Below are positions 27,001-40,812 of a stretch of DNA of 64,000 bases, one piece after another. Made by a program: the position numbers and the translations under genes. Below the pieces are notes generated by a model. That model did no database searches and was not told the DNA's origin. It saw nothing but the letters and a program-made list of their open reading frames with translations. The stretch is from the human T2T-CHM13v2.0 reference genome, Homo sapiens. Every line of letters starts with the position of its first letter. The stretch's first letter is position 1. The stretch lies in NCBI RefSeq assembly GCF_009914755.1, contig NC_060938.1. The stretch is one strand, 5' to 3'.

Positions 27001-27420
27001 GGGTAGAGTGGAGTGGAGTGTAGTGGAGTAGAGTGGAATAAAGAGGAATGGAATGGGATGTAATGGAAAGGAATGCAGTGGAGTGGAGTAAAGTGGAGTG
27101 GAGCGGAGTGGAGTGGTGTGGAGTGGAGTGGAGTGGAGTGGAGTGGAGTGGAGTGGAATGGAATGGAATGGAATGGAATGGAATGGAATGGCACGGTGAA
27201 ATGAAATGTGGGCTGAGATTGTGCCACTTCACTACAGCCTGGGTGACGGAGTGAGTTCCTGAAGAAATAAAATAATGTAATAGAATGGATTGGAATGAAA
27301 TGGAATGGAGTGTAGTGGACTGGAGTAGAGTGGAATGGAGTGGAGTAGAGTGGAAGGGAATGGAATGAAATGAGATGGAATGGAATGGAATGGAATAGAA
27401 TGGAGTGGAGTGGAGTGCAA
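1..27420. repeat. Satellite III (HSat3)-like diverged (GGAAT/GGAGT)n pentamer array, continuing off the left edge of the window
   Basis: Continuous 5-bp periodicity of GGAAT, GGAGT and variants (GCAAT, GCAGT, GTAGT, AGAAT, GAAAT, GGAAC). G-rich strand is on + throughout. Ends at ...TGGAGTGGAGTGCAA (27420). Confidence 0.95.
301..27270 (+). repeat. About 67 interspersed Alu-3'-end-derived cassettes (~60-75 bp) within the satellite
   Basis: Consensus (GTGAAATGAAAT)GTGAGCTGAGATTGTGCCACTGCACTCCAGCCTGGGTGACAGAGTGAGATCCTGTCGAAAGAAAGG matches the Alu right-arm end GTGAGCCGAGATCGCGCCACTGCACTCCAGCCTGGGCGACAGAGCGAGAC(C/T)C(T/C)GTCTCAAA. Examples at ~301, 445, 863, 1470, 6690, 7888, 12432, 14757, 25057, 26903, 27208. 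Confidence 0.92.
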
Positions 27421-27759
27421 AAATCCTCAATAAAATACTAGCAAGCCGAATTCAGCAGCAAATCAAAAAGCTTATCCACCATGATCAAATGGGTTTCATC
27501 CCTGGGATGCAAGGCTGGTACAACATACGCAAATCAGTAAACGTAATCCATCATATAAACAGAACCAACGTCAAAAACCACGATTATCTCAATAGATGCA
27601 GAAAAGCCCTTTGACAAAATTCAACAACCTTCATGCTAAAAACTCTCAATAAATTAGATATTGATGGGACGTATCTCAAAATATTAAGAGCTATTTATGA
27701 CAAACCCGCAGCCAATATCATACTGAATGGGCAAAACCTGAAAGCATTCCCTTTGAAAA
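27416..27759 (+). mobile_element. L1PA ORF2 internal fragment (RT region), lacking both 5' and 3' ends
   Basis: Translates as [34 protein letters not shown]... and [37 protein letters not shown]. Aligns to 47922-48268 of the full-length L1 in this window. Frameshifted. Confidence 0.95.
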
Positions 27760-28015
27760 TCTCAGTTACCTTTCTTTTGGATATGTGTGTGAGGAAAGAG
27801 TACCTACAAACTACCCTTTTAGTTAAATGCCATATACAATAAATATTAATACCTACAGTCCTCATGTTGTACATTAGAGCCCTCAATTTGTTAATTCTAC
27901 ATATCTGCAACTTTGCATCCTTCGAATTCTCTCTCTCCATTTTCTCTTCTCACCCCCAGCCCCTGGTAACCACTGTTTTATACTCTATCTCTGCATATTT
28001 ACCTTTTTGCTGTTT
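27760..28015 (-). mobile_element. Old L1MA-type 3' UTR fragment
   Basis: Motifs 'gtcctcatgttgtacattag', 'ctgcaactttg', 'cccccagcccctggtaaccactgttttatactct' are typical of antisense L1MA 3' ends. Confidence 0.6.
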
Positions 28016-29354
28016 TTGTCCTGAGAAGTTTATTGGGACTTTCAGCTAGGAGATAATATGTTCTGAGTCTTGATTATCTCAAATTATATCAGGTAAGAAG
28101 TTTTACTTGTCTGGAGAGCAGAGAGCAAGTGCATAATTTTATGCAGAAGAGGGAATAAAGAGAATTCTCTAATTAAAATTTGAATCAGAAATATGGTTCA
28201 TATTTTTATGTACAACAATCTCTAAGGCTTCTTGGAAAGGAACTAGCTGCCTGATTTTTTTTCATTTGAATCCTCTAATACATGAAGAGGATGATTCTAC
28301 CATACCAATCACAAGAATGATATCTGTAGAATCAAAAGTTGAAATCCTATTATCCTAGAAGTTTTTTCAGAAAACTTGAACATGTATTGAAATGTCATGC
28401 TGGTCATATATGTTACAGCAATGAGGAATTTACTTATTATATACTTTAGCTTTTTAGCCCTTTCCCTGCCCACCAGAAATGTTTCTTTTGAATCCAATTT
28501 GGTCCTCAGAGTTTTAGAATGTTAAGGAATGTATAGGGGTATCTTTTTTCTTCTTTTTTTTTTTTGTCAAGCTATTGTATATTTTTACTTTACCTGTTTG
28601 GGTATGTAGTTACTATTTGTTTGGACTGTCATACTAGAAAAAAATTATAGTGAATTTTACATGTATGGAGTCTTCATTAATCTGTATAAACTGACAAGTT
28701 TAGAATATCAAAGTCATCACTGTAAAAAATAAAGTGATATTTTATCTGGTCTATCTCCTTGCAAATAAAAGAACAATAAATTCTGTACTATTATGAAATA
28801 TAAGAGCTTGAAAATTTTTCAAGCGTCTTGTATAGAATGGCCTTCGAATTCAAGGTATAAACTACAACAAAACACTTTCGAGATCTAGTTTGATTGAAGA
28901 GTGCATTCTTACTTATTTATATATTCTCTGCAATTTCTGATTCAAGATAGTCCACAATTCTAAAGGAAAACCAAAATAGAATAATAATTATAAAACAAAA
29001 TAAAAAGTAATTGAGGAAGATAATTGAGCAACTTATTCTTGACAACTAGCTTTTTAACAAACAGAAAAGTGCACTAAAAATACTGCCTAGTTGTTTAAAG
29101 TAGGCTGAGATCTGACTGTATCCCCTGAGTGACATAAAGAAAAAACTACCTTTGAGGAAGCACAGTGATTAAATTTAAAAGATTTATTGTTTAACCTCAG
29201 GAAGACTTTCAATAACTTTTTATAAATTGTATACAGTTAATGGAAGACATGCTAGGCTTCTTGTAAGAATTTATTCCAGATCACTGTGTATAATTAATGG
29301 CTTGTCTACATATTTTTTCAATAAAACTGTTCATGAAGAATTTTAAGTATGCAC

Positions 29355-29500
29355 TTTCAGTAACAGAATGGATATATCTTTGTGAAGATACCATTTATGT
29401 ACCATAACATCCAAAGCATAATGAGGAGATTTTGATACACTGCAGATTTAGAACTGAGTTGGAAAACAAAACTTCAACATACTGTCTTGTCAGCACAAAG
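29355..29500 (+). repeat. ~146-bp direct repeat, copy 1 (likely donor)
   Basis: CAGAATGGATATATCTTTGTGAAGATACCATTTATG...TACTGTCTTGTCAGCACAAAG is repeated 741 bp downstream with roughly 90% identity. Confidence 0.92.
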
Positions 29501-29947
29501 CAAATAAATTCATCACTGTCAGTTGAGATTTAAATTCACAAACTTATAAGCAATAAAATCAAAGTAATTTTGTTATAAGTTTTTTGACACCAGATTATAT
29601 GGGGTAAATAATTTACTTTCTAATCAAGCAATTGATACATATAAACCTGAAATAGAGAGTTTTGCCTTTTAATTAGATACATTGTTACGCAAAGAGTGGT
29701 TGAAGCTGCAGTGGAGAATTATCTTTTTCTCTTTTTGCTGTTCTTACAAGGACAGTTTCTAGAATTCTTTTCAAAACAATAGAACAGAAAATTTCACTTA
29801 CTTAATTTAACTTTTGTTAAAGTACTTTGCCAAAATTAGCAAACTATGAAAGGAAAGTTTGCCTTTTCAATATATATGTAAGTGGCAAGTAAAAGTTGTT
29901 CTTAAATCACGTGATCTCATAGAAATAACATGGGATAAAAAGAGTTC

Positions 29948-30655
29948 TGAAGGTGTTCAGGAAATGCCAGTCCTAAATGTATTGCTTTGGTGTACTGATT
30001 ATATTGAACTGAAAATATTTGAAAAATAACAACTGTGGGACATGCTTTCTCTGCACTCCCTTTACGTTCCTCAAGAGAGATCCTCCAAAAGGAATTTTCA
30101 ATACCAGAATGAATGTATCTTTGTAAAGATACCATTTATCTACCATAACATCCAAAGCATGATGAGGAGATTTTTATACACTGCAGATTTAGAACTGAAT
30201 TGGAAAACAAAGCTTCAAGATACTGTCTTGTCAGCACAAAGACATTCATCTCCTTCCTAGGAGTTTCATCAGCCAGGGAAAATTGACTCCTCATATCACA
30301 GGAGACAAGACTAAGAGTCCATTCCACACCAAGGCAGACTGCCACAAACTATCATCTATGCTCCTAGGGGTCTGGTCATCTTTCCCAAAAGTCATTTGCT
30401 CTCCCTTAAGTTTCCTACATTCTTCCTCCTGCCTTCCCTACAAGCTCCTAAATCTCCCTGGGTTTTTTTCTTGGTGGTGTTTTGTTTGTTTTGTTTTGTT
30501 TTGTTTTTGATTCCACGTTTCTTTCCTGTGATTCCCCCATGCGTGTAATAAATGTGTACACATTTTCTTCTTTTGACATGCCTGTTATCCATTTATTCAA
30601 TAGACTCAGTTATCATACCTTCAGAGGGTAGAGGGAAAGGTCTCCAAGTCCTACA
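29948..30655 (+). mobile_element. ERV1 solo LTR, MER34/MER39-like, carrying an internal insertion
   Basis: TG...CA termini (TGAAGGTGTTCAGGAAATGCC... to ...GTCCTACA), 4-bp target-site duplication GTTC (29944-29947 and 30656-30659), AATAAA at ~30547, and a 5' end resembling MER34/39 as recalled. Confidence 0.75.
30096..30241 (+). repeat. ~146-bp direct repeat, copy 2 (inside the LTR)
   Basis: Near-identical to 29355-29500. Confidence 0.92.
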
Positions 30656-32283
30656 GTTCCAAAAGAAAATAGCTAGTAATGCAAATGCAAAAGTCATATA
30701 AACTTTGAGACAAAGTTAGCGTCTTATATGGTACGTTCAGAAAGAAGAGGTGTGTTGCACACCAAGGGACATTTTCCTGGTCTTAGCTACTAAGTTTCTC
30801 TGAGAAGAAGCAGTTACTACTACAGCAGTTAAACACCTGACTCCCAAATTATAAAAGCCTAAGTGTTCAGATTAAATCATGAGTTGTCACCTGTGAATCA
30901 TAAAGTCTGAACTCTTTAAATTGCAAACACACATAGAAAAACGATTCTTACACAGGGATCCATGAGTGGAACTGCAAAGTTTTGTCAAAATCTATATATA
31001 TGTTTTCTTTTTAAGGGTCATAGATTTCAATATATGTTAAAAGATATCTGGGGCTAGTAAAGATTAATAACCATTTTCAGTTTTGTGCTGAAATTGGCAA
31101 ATCATGGCTTTTCTCCCTCCAACACACCCCCTCCCGCCTCAGCACACCACTGGTTAATCTTTATTTTCAGGAGAGAAAAAGATGTTTCATATTAATAAAG
31201 GTAAATTATACACTTGTTTGTTTTATACTTTTCCACCTCTTAAGCTTAATCGTGTTTTAATAATGTATAATTGAATACATTAACATTTAGATGTTAGTAA
31301 ATGAATAACAAATGTTCATTGTTTCTCTTGAGTAGAGGAATAAAAATTTTGCACCTGTTGTATAGAATGATTTTTAAAATCTCATTCAATCCTTCAGAAG
31401 TTTAAGATTTTTTTTCAAGAATTTTTATATAAAATTTTTACTCAGAAGCAGATAGCTCACAAAAAGTATGGGGGTTTTTTGGATTATAAATAAACTATTC
31501 CACTCACCAAGATGCTGAGACATCCTACTTTGTGGTATTTTGAAATAAAAACAAAACACAAGAATGTGACGATGAAGCAAGTGAAAATTAAAAGAGTACA
31601 GACTTTAGAAGTATCATAAGCTAAAAATAAAATGAAACAAACCTGTAAAGGAACCAAAAGCCCAGGTAGATATAATACAGTAAATTATGAGAAGCTAAAA
31701 AAAATGAGGAGGTGATAAACAATAAAGTGAAAATCTCTGATAAAGCCAAAACTACTTGAATGGCAGTCAACAAAACAGAAGAAAAAAATGACACTCATAA
31801 CAAGGCAGAACTATGGAAATGCATCCCTGGGGGTAAGATAATAGAGTTGCGAATTAGTGGAGGTGGATCACAAATACTGGCCAAATAAAGCCCGCTAACA
31901 TAATTCAAAGGACAGAGAAATTCTGTAGCTGAAGATAAAAAGTCTGAAATACATTATGGTATAGTCAAATGAGTGTCATTTCTAATAGACACACTTATTT
32001 TTCAAGAGTTGATAATATGAAGTAAAAATTTAGTATGCAAAGTTCAAATTTTCCATTTGTTGAGTAATTCATTTTTATTAAATATTTTCCAACAATTAAA
32101 CTAAAGTGGTACCAGAACAGAGTAGACATTCTGAGTTTTCACTTTACAAAAGCTACACATAAATCTACGTACTTCTTAAGGGTATAAACAAAGTCAGAGC
32201 CTGTGTGATATTTCAATAAACAATTGGAGAAAATTTTTTTAAGAATAGATTATATACATATTGACCTCTTTGAGAACCTTATT

Positions 32284-34094
<1,811 letters not shown>

Positions 34095-34132
34095 TGAGAT
34101 CCTTATTGTGAGATTCAATTCAGAATCTGGGA

Positions 34133-34429
<297 letters not shown>

Positions 34430-35999
34430 CAGAATCTGGGTCTTAACCAGATTTGCCATTATAAAATGAAATGAAACCAAAACCACCAGTCAATATCTGT
34501 AGCAGTGTTATTGTTGGGGAGCATGCACGTTTGTTTGAGCTTACTTATATATACAGAGCTGTTTAGCTTAATCTTTAAATTGAAAATTTTTAGTATTTTT
34601 AGAATGTTTTAGATACTTTGATGAATAAATTTTGTGTTAACAAACTACTATTAATAAAACTTATAAATTAAATATTTCTGAACACATTGGCAGAGGTAAA
34701 TGATAAAGTTATATTCACACAATTAGTTTTTCTTGCACAGAATTGACATTTTGTCAAAAAGTTAAAATCTTTGAAATGTGTTTTCTGTCCTCATCTTTCC
34801 CCTTTTGAGCATTTTTCCCCCTGGGTTGGTTATAAAATATTCCCTAACTTCAGGCATCTGGTTAAGTTTTGGGTTTTCTCCCTTCCTACCAACTCATATG
34901 GATTGGTAATGATCTGATAGAAGACAATTGCCAAAAATCAATCAAATATGTTTTAAATGAAACTTCTCCAATATAATATTCATATTAATCCTTCTTTAAT
35001 TGCTGAATGAGTAATAATTGTTCACTGACCCTTAAAATCCTAAAACTTAATCAGCTCACTGGAGTGGATGAATGGATGTTTGTCTAGATGAGAATGCTTA
35101 AGGTCTACTTCAAGGAGTTCATAATAGTAAAAATGTCCTTTTCTTCCATCAGAAACTTCATCCTGGATCTTTTCATCCTTGTTTTTCTACTAGCTCTCCT
35201 TCTCCAAATACACTGACTTGGAACCCCAGTTTCAGTGGTGGACTGCGTGGATTTGATTCTAAGCTATGCTATAATGAGAAAGTAGCTCTAACCCTATTCT
35301 CATTTTCTTCACCTGTAATATAGAAATCATCATCAGACAATATACAGATAGGGGCCAGTTATTTCACAGATAATAATAGGTGAAAATGGAGAGTATGTGG
35401 GTGTAGGCATGGAAAAGTGAGTTTAAATGGTTTCAGGAGTCTGTGGAAATTGTCTTTGGGTGATTCAATGTTCTCAGGGAAGCACACCCAAAAAGACATT
35501 GAGGATTTCTGGGGAAGTGTTAGGGATTAGAGACAGGATAAGATACAAAACTAGGAAAATTAGAGAGTGAATAGATTGGAACATATGTAGTATGATTGAT
35601 TGATAGGCGGCACTCAGATTCTCAGTTTCAAGTGGGATATTTTTCAATTTGATCCATATAGCTAGTTGCTCAAATATATGTGGGGATTTGGTGGAAATTT
35701 GGATCTAACCAGGGTTATTTTCCTGGTTAGATTCAGCAAAGTGAAAGAGAAACAAGGAAGTTGAAGTTTCCTGGGAATGGTTGGCCACGGAATTTAGGCA
35801 GGAGAACAGGAAATAGAGTACATCAGTAGGTAAGGGTCATTATAAATATGATAAAATAATAGTTTGGAGGTCTCAGAGAGATTGAAAAATTTTATGTCAG
35901 CGTATGAAAGGGAATGATTAAAGGAGGAGTTCAGAGAATGGGATGAATGAAATTGTGACTACAGAGGAGTTGCTATTATAAGTAACGACGATGCTTCAC

Positions 36000-36189
36000 T
36001 CAGTTCCTCTGGAAGTGTGGTCCCTGTGCTAGCAGCAACAGCATCACCTGGGAACTTACTAGAACTGCATATTCTCAGGTTACACCCCCAGATCTTCCAA
36101 ATATGAAATTCCAATAGCAGGTCTCAGCAATCTCTTATTGTAACACAACTGTAGGCAATTTTGAGGCACACAGTAGTTAGCACAACTGG
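36000..36189 (+). mobile_element. MER5A (hAT-Charlie MITE)
   Basis: AAGTGTGGTCCC...AGCAGCAACAGCATCACCTGGGAACTT...ATTCTCAGG...CAGCAATCT...ACAACTG matches the MER5A pattern. Confidence 0.75.
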
Positions 36190-36194
36190 TCTAG

Positions 36195-36890
36195 TGTATG
36201 TCTTATTTGGTCTTCCTCCCCGGTTCACAGTACAGAGCTCCTAAAACTTGAAATTTCCTGATAGAGATGAGAGGACCATCCTTTACTAGTCATAAGTCCC
36301 TCTTAGCCATACCTGAGTTTATGCTATTGACATGACATGAGTGGTGGTTGGAGACCCGTATGGCTTCAGGGTGGGTGCTTGACACCAGAAACATGAAGGC
36401 ATAACTAGATGGTTAAAACTGTCAGCCCTCTCCTCCATCACCTCTGAGGTGCTGGGAGGGTGATACAATGATATACTTAGAGGTCATATGGCAGCTTTGT
36501 GCCCCTTTTCACCATACCTGGCCCTATGTGTCTCTTCTATTTGACAGTTCCTGATTTGTATCAGACAGTAACTGTAAGCAAAGTGCTTTCTTGGGTTCTG
36601 TGAGCCATCTTAGCAAATTATAGAACCTGGGGAAGGAATCCATGGAAGTGCTAATTTATAGCCAGTTGGTCAGGAGTATGGCAGGCCCACAACTCCTCTC
36701 TAATGGTGGGGGGGTGGCAGTCTTGTGGTCCTGAACCCTGAACTTGTGGGATCTGATGCTATCTCCAGATAGATAGTCTCAGGATTGAATTGAATTGTAG
36801 GACACCATTTGGTGTCCTGAGAGTTGAAAAATTGATTGGGGTGAGACTAAACCAACAAATTTCATCTCAGAAGTTTGAGTAGAAATAATT
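36195..36890 (+). mobile_element. MER21-type solo LTR
   Basis: Contains ACAGAGCTCCTAAAAC, CATACCTGAGTTTATGCTA, GGTTCTGTGAGCCAT..AGCAAATTAT, TTTATAGCCAGTTGGTCAG and TGTGGGATCTGATGCTATCTCCAG...GATTGAATTGAATTGTAGGACACC. Ends are approximate. Confidence 0.75.
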
Positions 36891-37714
36891 CTGTTGGAAA
36901 ACATTATCGTTAGATCAAAGGTGTTAATAGAACTGAGAGATCAAAATGGCAAAGAGTCATCTATGATTACACATTGTTGACATAAACTAGAATTAAGACA
37001 AGAGTATGTCAAAGAGAGTTACATTGAGCCAGGGATAAAAATAGTCAATTGATTGATTAGAATTTAGTAAATGCTATTTTTTGAAAAATTAATATTTAGT
37101 TAATTAATGGAGATACTTAATTATCTCCATTTTGACTTTAAATTTAAAACTAAAAAATTGATATTTTATCTATTTTCCATAAATGGAAATTGAAAAGCAA
37201 TAGCAAAATGCTTCGACAGAAAATCTGCCCTTCTTATTCCCAAGAGGAAGAATGGCCAACTACCTTAAGAATAAGTTAGAAAAACTTTCATAATTTTTTA
37301 AGTTGCCATATTTTATAGCTTTGAACAAGTTGAATTATTAACTAGACTGCCCAGGGAATGGAGCCATCTAATATAATTTCCTTACTATTTAGATAAAATC
37401 TTTGTTGTTGAAAATCTTAATCATTTTTAATGATCCTGTTTTCAGAGCCTGATATTAATGATTCGTGAAACTCATTAAATGCAGTTATGCATCTGATTTG
37501 AAAATCATGAGGGAGATTTTTGGTCAGATATGCATAGCAAATCTATGTCACTAGACATAAGTCCCTTCTACCCATGCCACAACCTTTATGTCTACTCTTG
37601 AATTGAGGTTTTGCTACGTTTTATTTTTGAGGTTTAAGAATTATTCATTTAACTGTCGGAAAATTGTGTTTCTCTTGTTAGAATAGAGCCCAATTTATCC
37701 TTTCTATTTTTCAT

Positions 37715-37945
37715 GGAGACATGAAAGTATGTGAATTTGCAATCAGAGAAACCTGAGTTCCACCATGCTTTCTTCCTCTTGCAAGCCATGAAATCCACAG
37801 TGGGTTAGTGGATATTACAAACCTCTGGTCCCACCTTATTAAGATGGAAAAAAATAAGACTAATTGAAAGAACAAATGTGGTAATGAGAAGAAATGGTAT
37901 CAATAAAATTCCTGGAACACAGTAAGTTCTAACAAATGCTAGTTC
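37715..37945 (+). mobile_element. MIR relic
   Basis: Degenerate MIR-like core, ending CCTGGAACACAGTAAGTTCTAACAAATGCTAG. Confidence 0.45.
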
Positions 37946-40029
37946 TTTTCTTTCATAATTCAAAATCTAAATAGAAGCCAGTTGGTAATTCCAAGATAAT
38001 AGTATGAAGACAAAAAAAATGTTTGTTAACTGACCTTCAACCATTGAGACCTTATCTTATAGGAAGCAAAATTAACAAATATTTTCTCCCTTCTACAAAT
38101 GTATACCCTCTGAGAAAGAGAGACAGTGTTCCAATCAAGACGATGACAGTATTCTGTGCACACATAGGAAAGGAAGAAGAATCAGAGAGAACCTTTAAAA
38201 AGACAATTTTAGATAGGCATCCTATTTTTACCGGCAATAACATTTTTTAGAACTTACGGCATACAAAATAGACCTTAAATGGACTCAGTGTTGAGAAATT
38301 TTTATAAGGCTGCTTTATTTTCTTCTATGGTAAATCTAGGAACCAATAAAATAGCTTTGATAATTCACTCATTACATTCTTTCCTAACTAAACTATTTAC
38401 ATTATAAACTTTGTTGATATGCTGTGCTTTTGCATTAATAATTCTCATGTGTCTCATTTGTGAATACATGAAAACTAGTTGTAAAATAAGGAAAATGTAA
38501 TTTTGAAACATCTTCAAAAACAGTTGCATAATTTAACAAATGTTTATAAATTTTCGTCCTTACTCTAAAACCATAGATATCCTAAAATTGACTGAAGGTA
38601 AAATGATTTTTAAAGAACTGGATTTCTCACCATGAGTTATTTTATCTCCATACAAACTGTGGTAGTGTTATACAATGGTTAAGAAGAAATTACTTAAAAA
38701 TGAGAATAAAGATACAGCTTATTAACACTTCATTTTGTGGATGAGACCTGAAAAATTAAACTTTTCTTCTAGAGACAAGTTGTAGTTGTGTATATAGAGT
38801 GTGAATAGATAGTGTCCATATTTTACTGTCATTATTTAAACAGAAACATGCAATTTGCACTTCAAAAACCTACTACAAATTAACTGTGTCATTTGGAAGT
38901 GTCAAAATTATCTCATTAATGATCAGATAGGCTTTTGGCTCATTGTAATGAGATGTTCCTATAAACCTAATTTGAAAGACAAAGACAGAGTTTGGAGTCT
39001 TTAATTCTTGGTAAAAATCAGTAGCTCTATTTAGGGCTATATTTGCAAAATACTATTTCAACTCAAGCATATTTTTATTTACAAGGCACTTCACAAATGT
39101 TGACCACAAAGATGTTTCTACCTAGCAGAAATAATTATAGTTACATATAGTTGTCTAGGAATATCTTAAACATGGGGTATTAAAATAACTTTCAAGAACA
39201 AGAAGAAATGTTACACCAGGCATTTTTGCAACTAGTGCTCTATTTCAGTGCAATATTTGTGGCAATTAAAAAACATAAATGGCTTGGATATATAGCTAAG
39301 TTATCAAAGGAAAAATATGCAAAGGCATGATTATTTTATAAATGTGCCACATATGTGACTTGAGGTACAAATCCTCTAAGTTTAAAATTGTCTTTTTAAA
39401 AAAGAAATCAAAACAGACAAGTGGGCAATGAGTTATGGATACTATTATAGGGTACCCTGATAAACTAGTAAGAAGACGACTTTTGGTACTGAAAATTCCA
39501 ATTAACCACATGCCCCCATTAAGGCCATGATCACTGCCAATTTTTACTCACAAAGGCTGGAGCTAGAGTTATATGGAATTCCATATGTATCTAAACCATA
39601 GATTTATCAATTATCACTTAAATACAACTTGGAAGACACTATCCAAAATTTGTAGGGCTTGGCCTTATTCTAGAGAAACATACACTGGAATAGGCAGTTG
39701 GATTTTAAATTCAGTCTTAAATCTGTTGAAAATAATGCATTTTTTTCTCAGAGATGAGATATTGTTCAACTCTTTTGACTTATTTTAGATTTGATAATAT
39801 ACAGTTCAAACACCATGGAGATTTACTAATCTGAATGAACACATACCAAATTTGTCTTTGCTCCAGTCTCGAAATTTGAGATTAATTCTAGCTGCTGAAG
39901 AAATTTTCCAGTGTTAGGAGTATGCTTCAATGCTAGTGACCGGTACTACTTTCTGGTAAACTATAGATGACATGTGTGCTTTCATTGCCTAAACTCACTT
40001 TGTAGAACACCATTAAATGAAAATCATCA

Positions 40030-40330
<301 letters not shown>

Positions 40331-40345
40331 TCAGTGACTCTTTGT

Positions 40346-40418
40346 TTTTCATGCTGATAAACTATTACGCAGAAAAAGAAAATTTTCATGCTGATAAACT
40401 ATTACACAGAAAAAGAAA
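40346..40418 (+). repeat. 37-bp tandem duplication (2 copies)
   Basis: TTTTCATGCTGATAAACTATTAC(G/A)CAGAAAAAGAAA at 40346 and 40383. Confidence 0.9.
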
Positions 40419-40480
40419 TGTATCCATTATGGACAATTAAAAGGGCTATACAATCTCTCTCATTGTATGATTCTAGTTTT

Positions 40481-40812
<332 letters not shown>

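Noticed and set aside
301-27270. CRISPR-like repeat/spacer appearance
   Set aside because: The 'repeats' are Alu fragments and the 'spacers' are variable-length simple satellite rather than unique sequence. There are no cas genes and the context is primate.
111-27430. Very long ORFs in the satellite (e.g. 6277-9204, 975 aa; 11565-14402, 945 aa; 20625-23261, 878 aa) with HSIPF/HSTPL or MEWNG/VEWSG repeats
   Set aside because: CCATT/CCACT and GGAAT/GGAGT pentamers contain no stop codon in any frame. Overlapping ORFs appear in all frames, with no gene structure.
28020-28350. Isolated splice-like signals (CAG|GTAAGA at ~28092 on +; an 18-nt AG...GT segment at ~28305-28322 on -)
   Set aside because: Such motifs are frequent by chance in AT-rich DNA, and there is no supporting coding signal.
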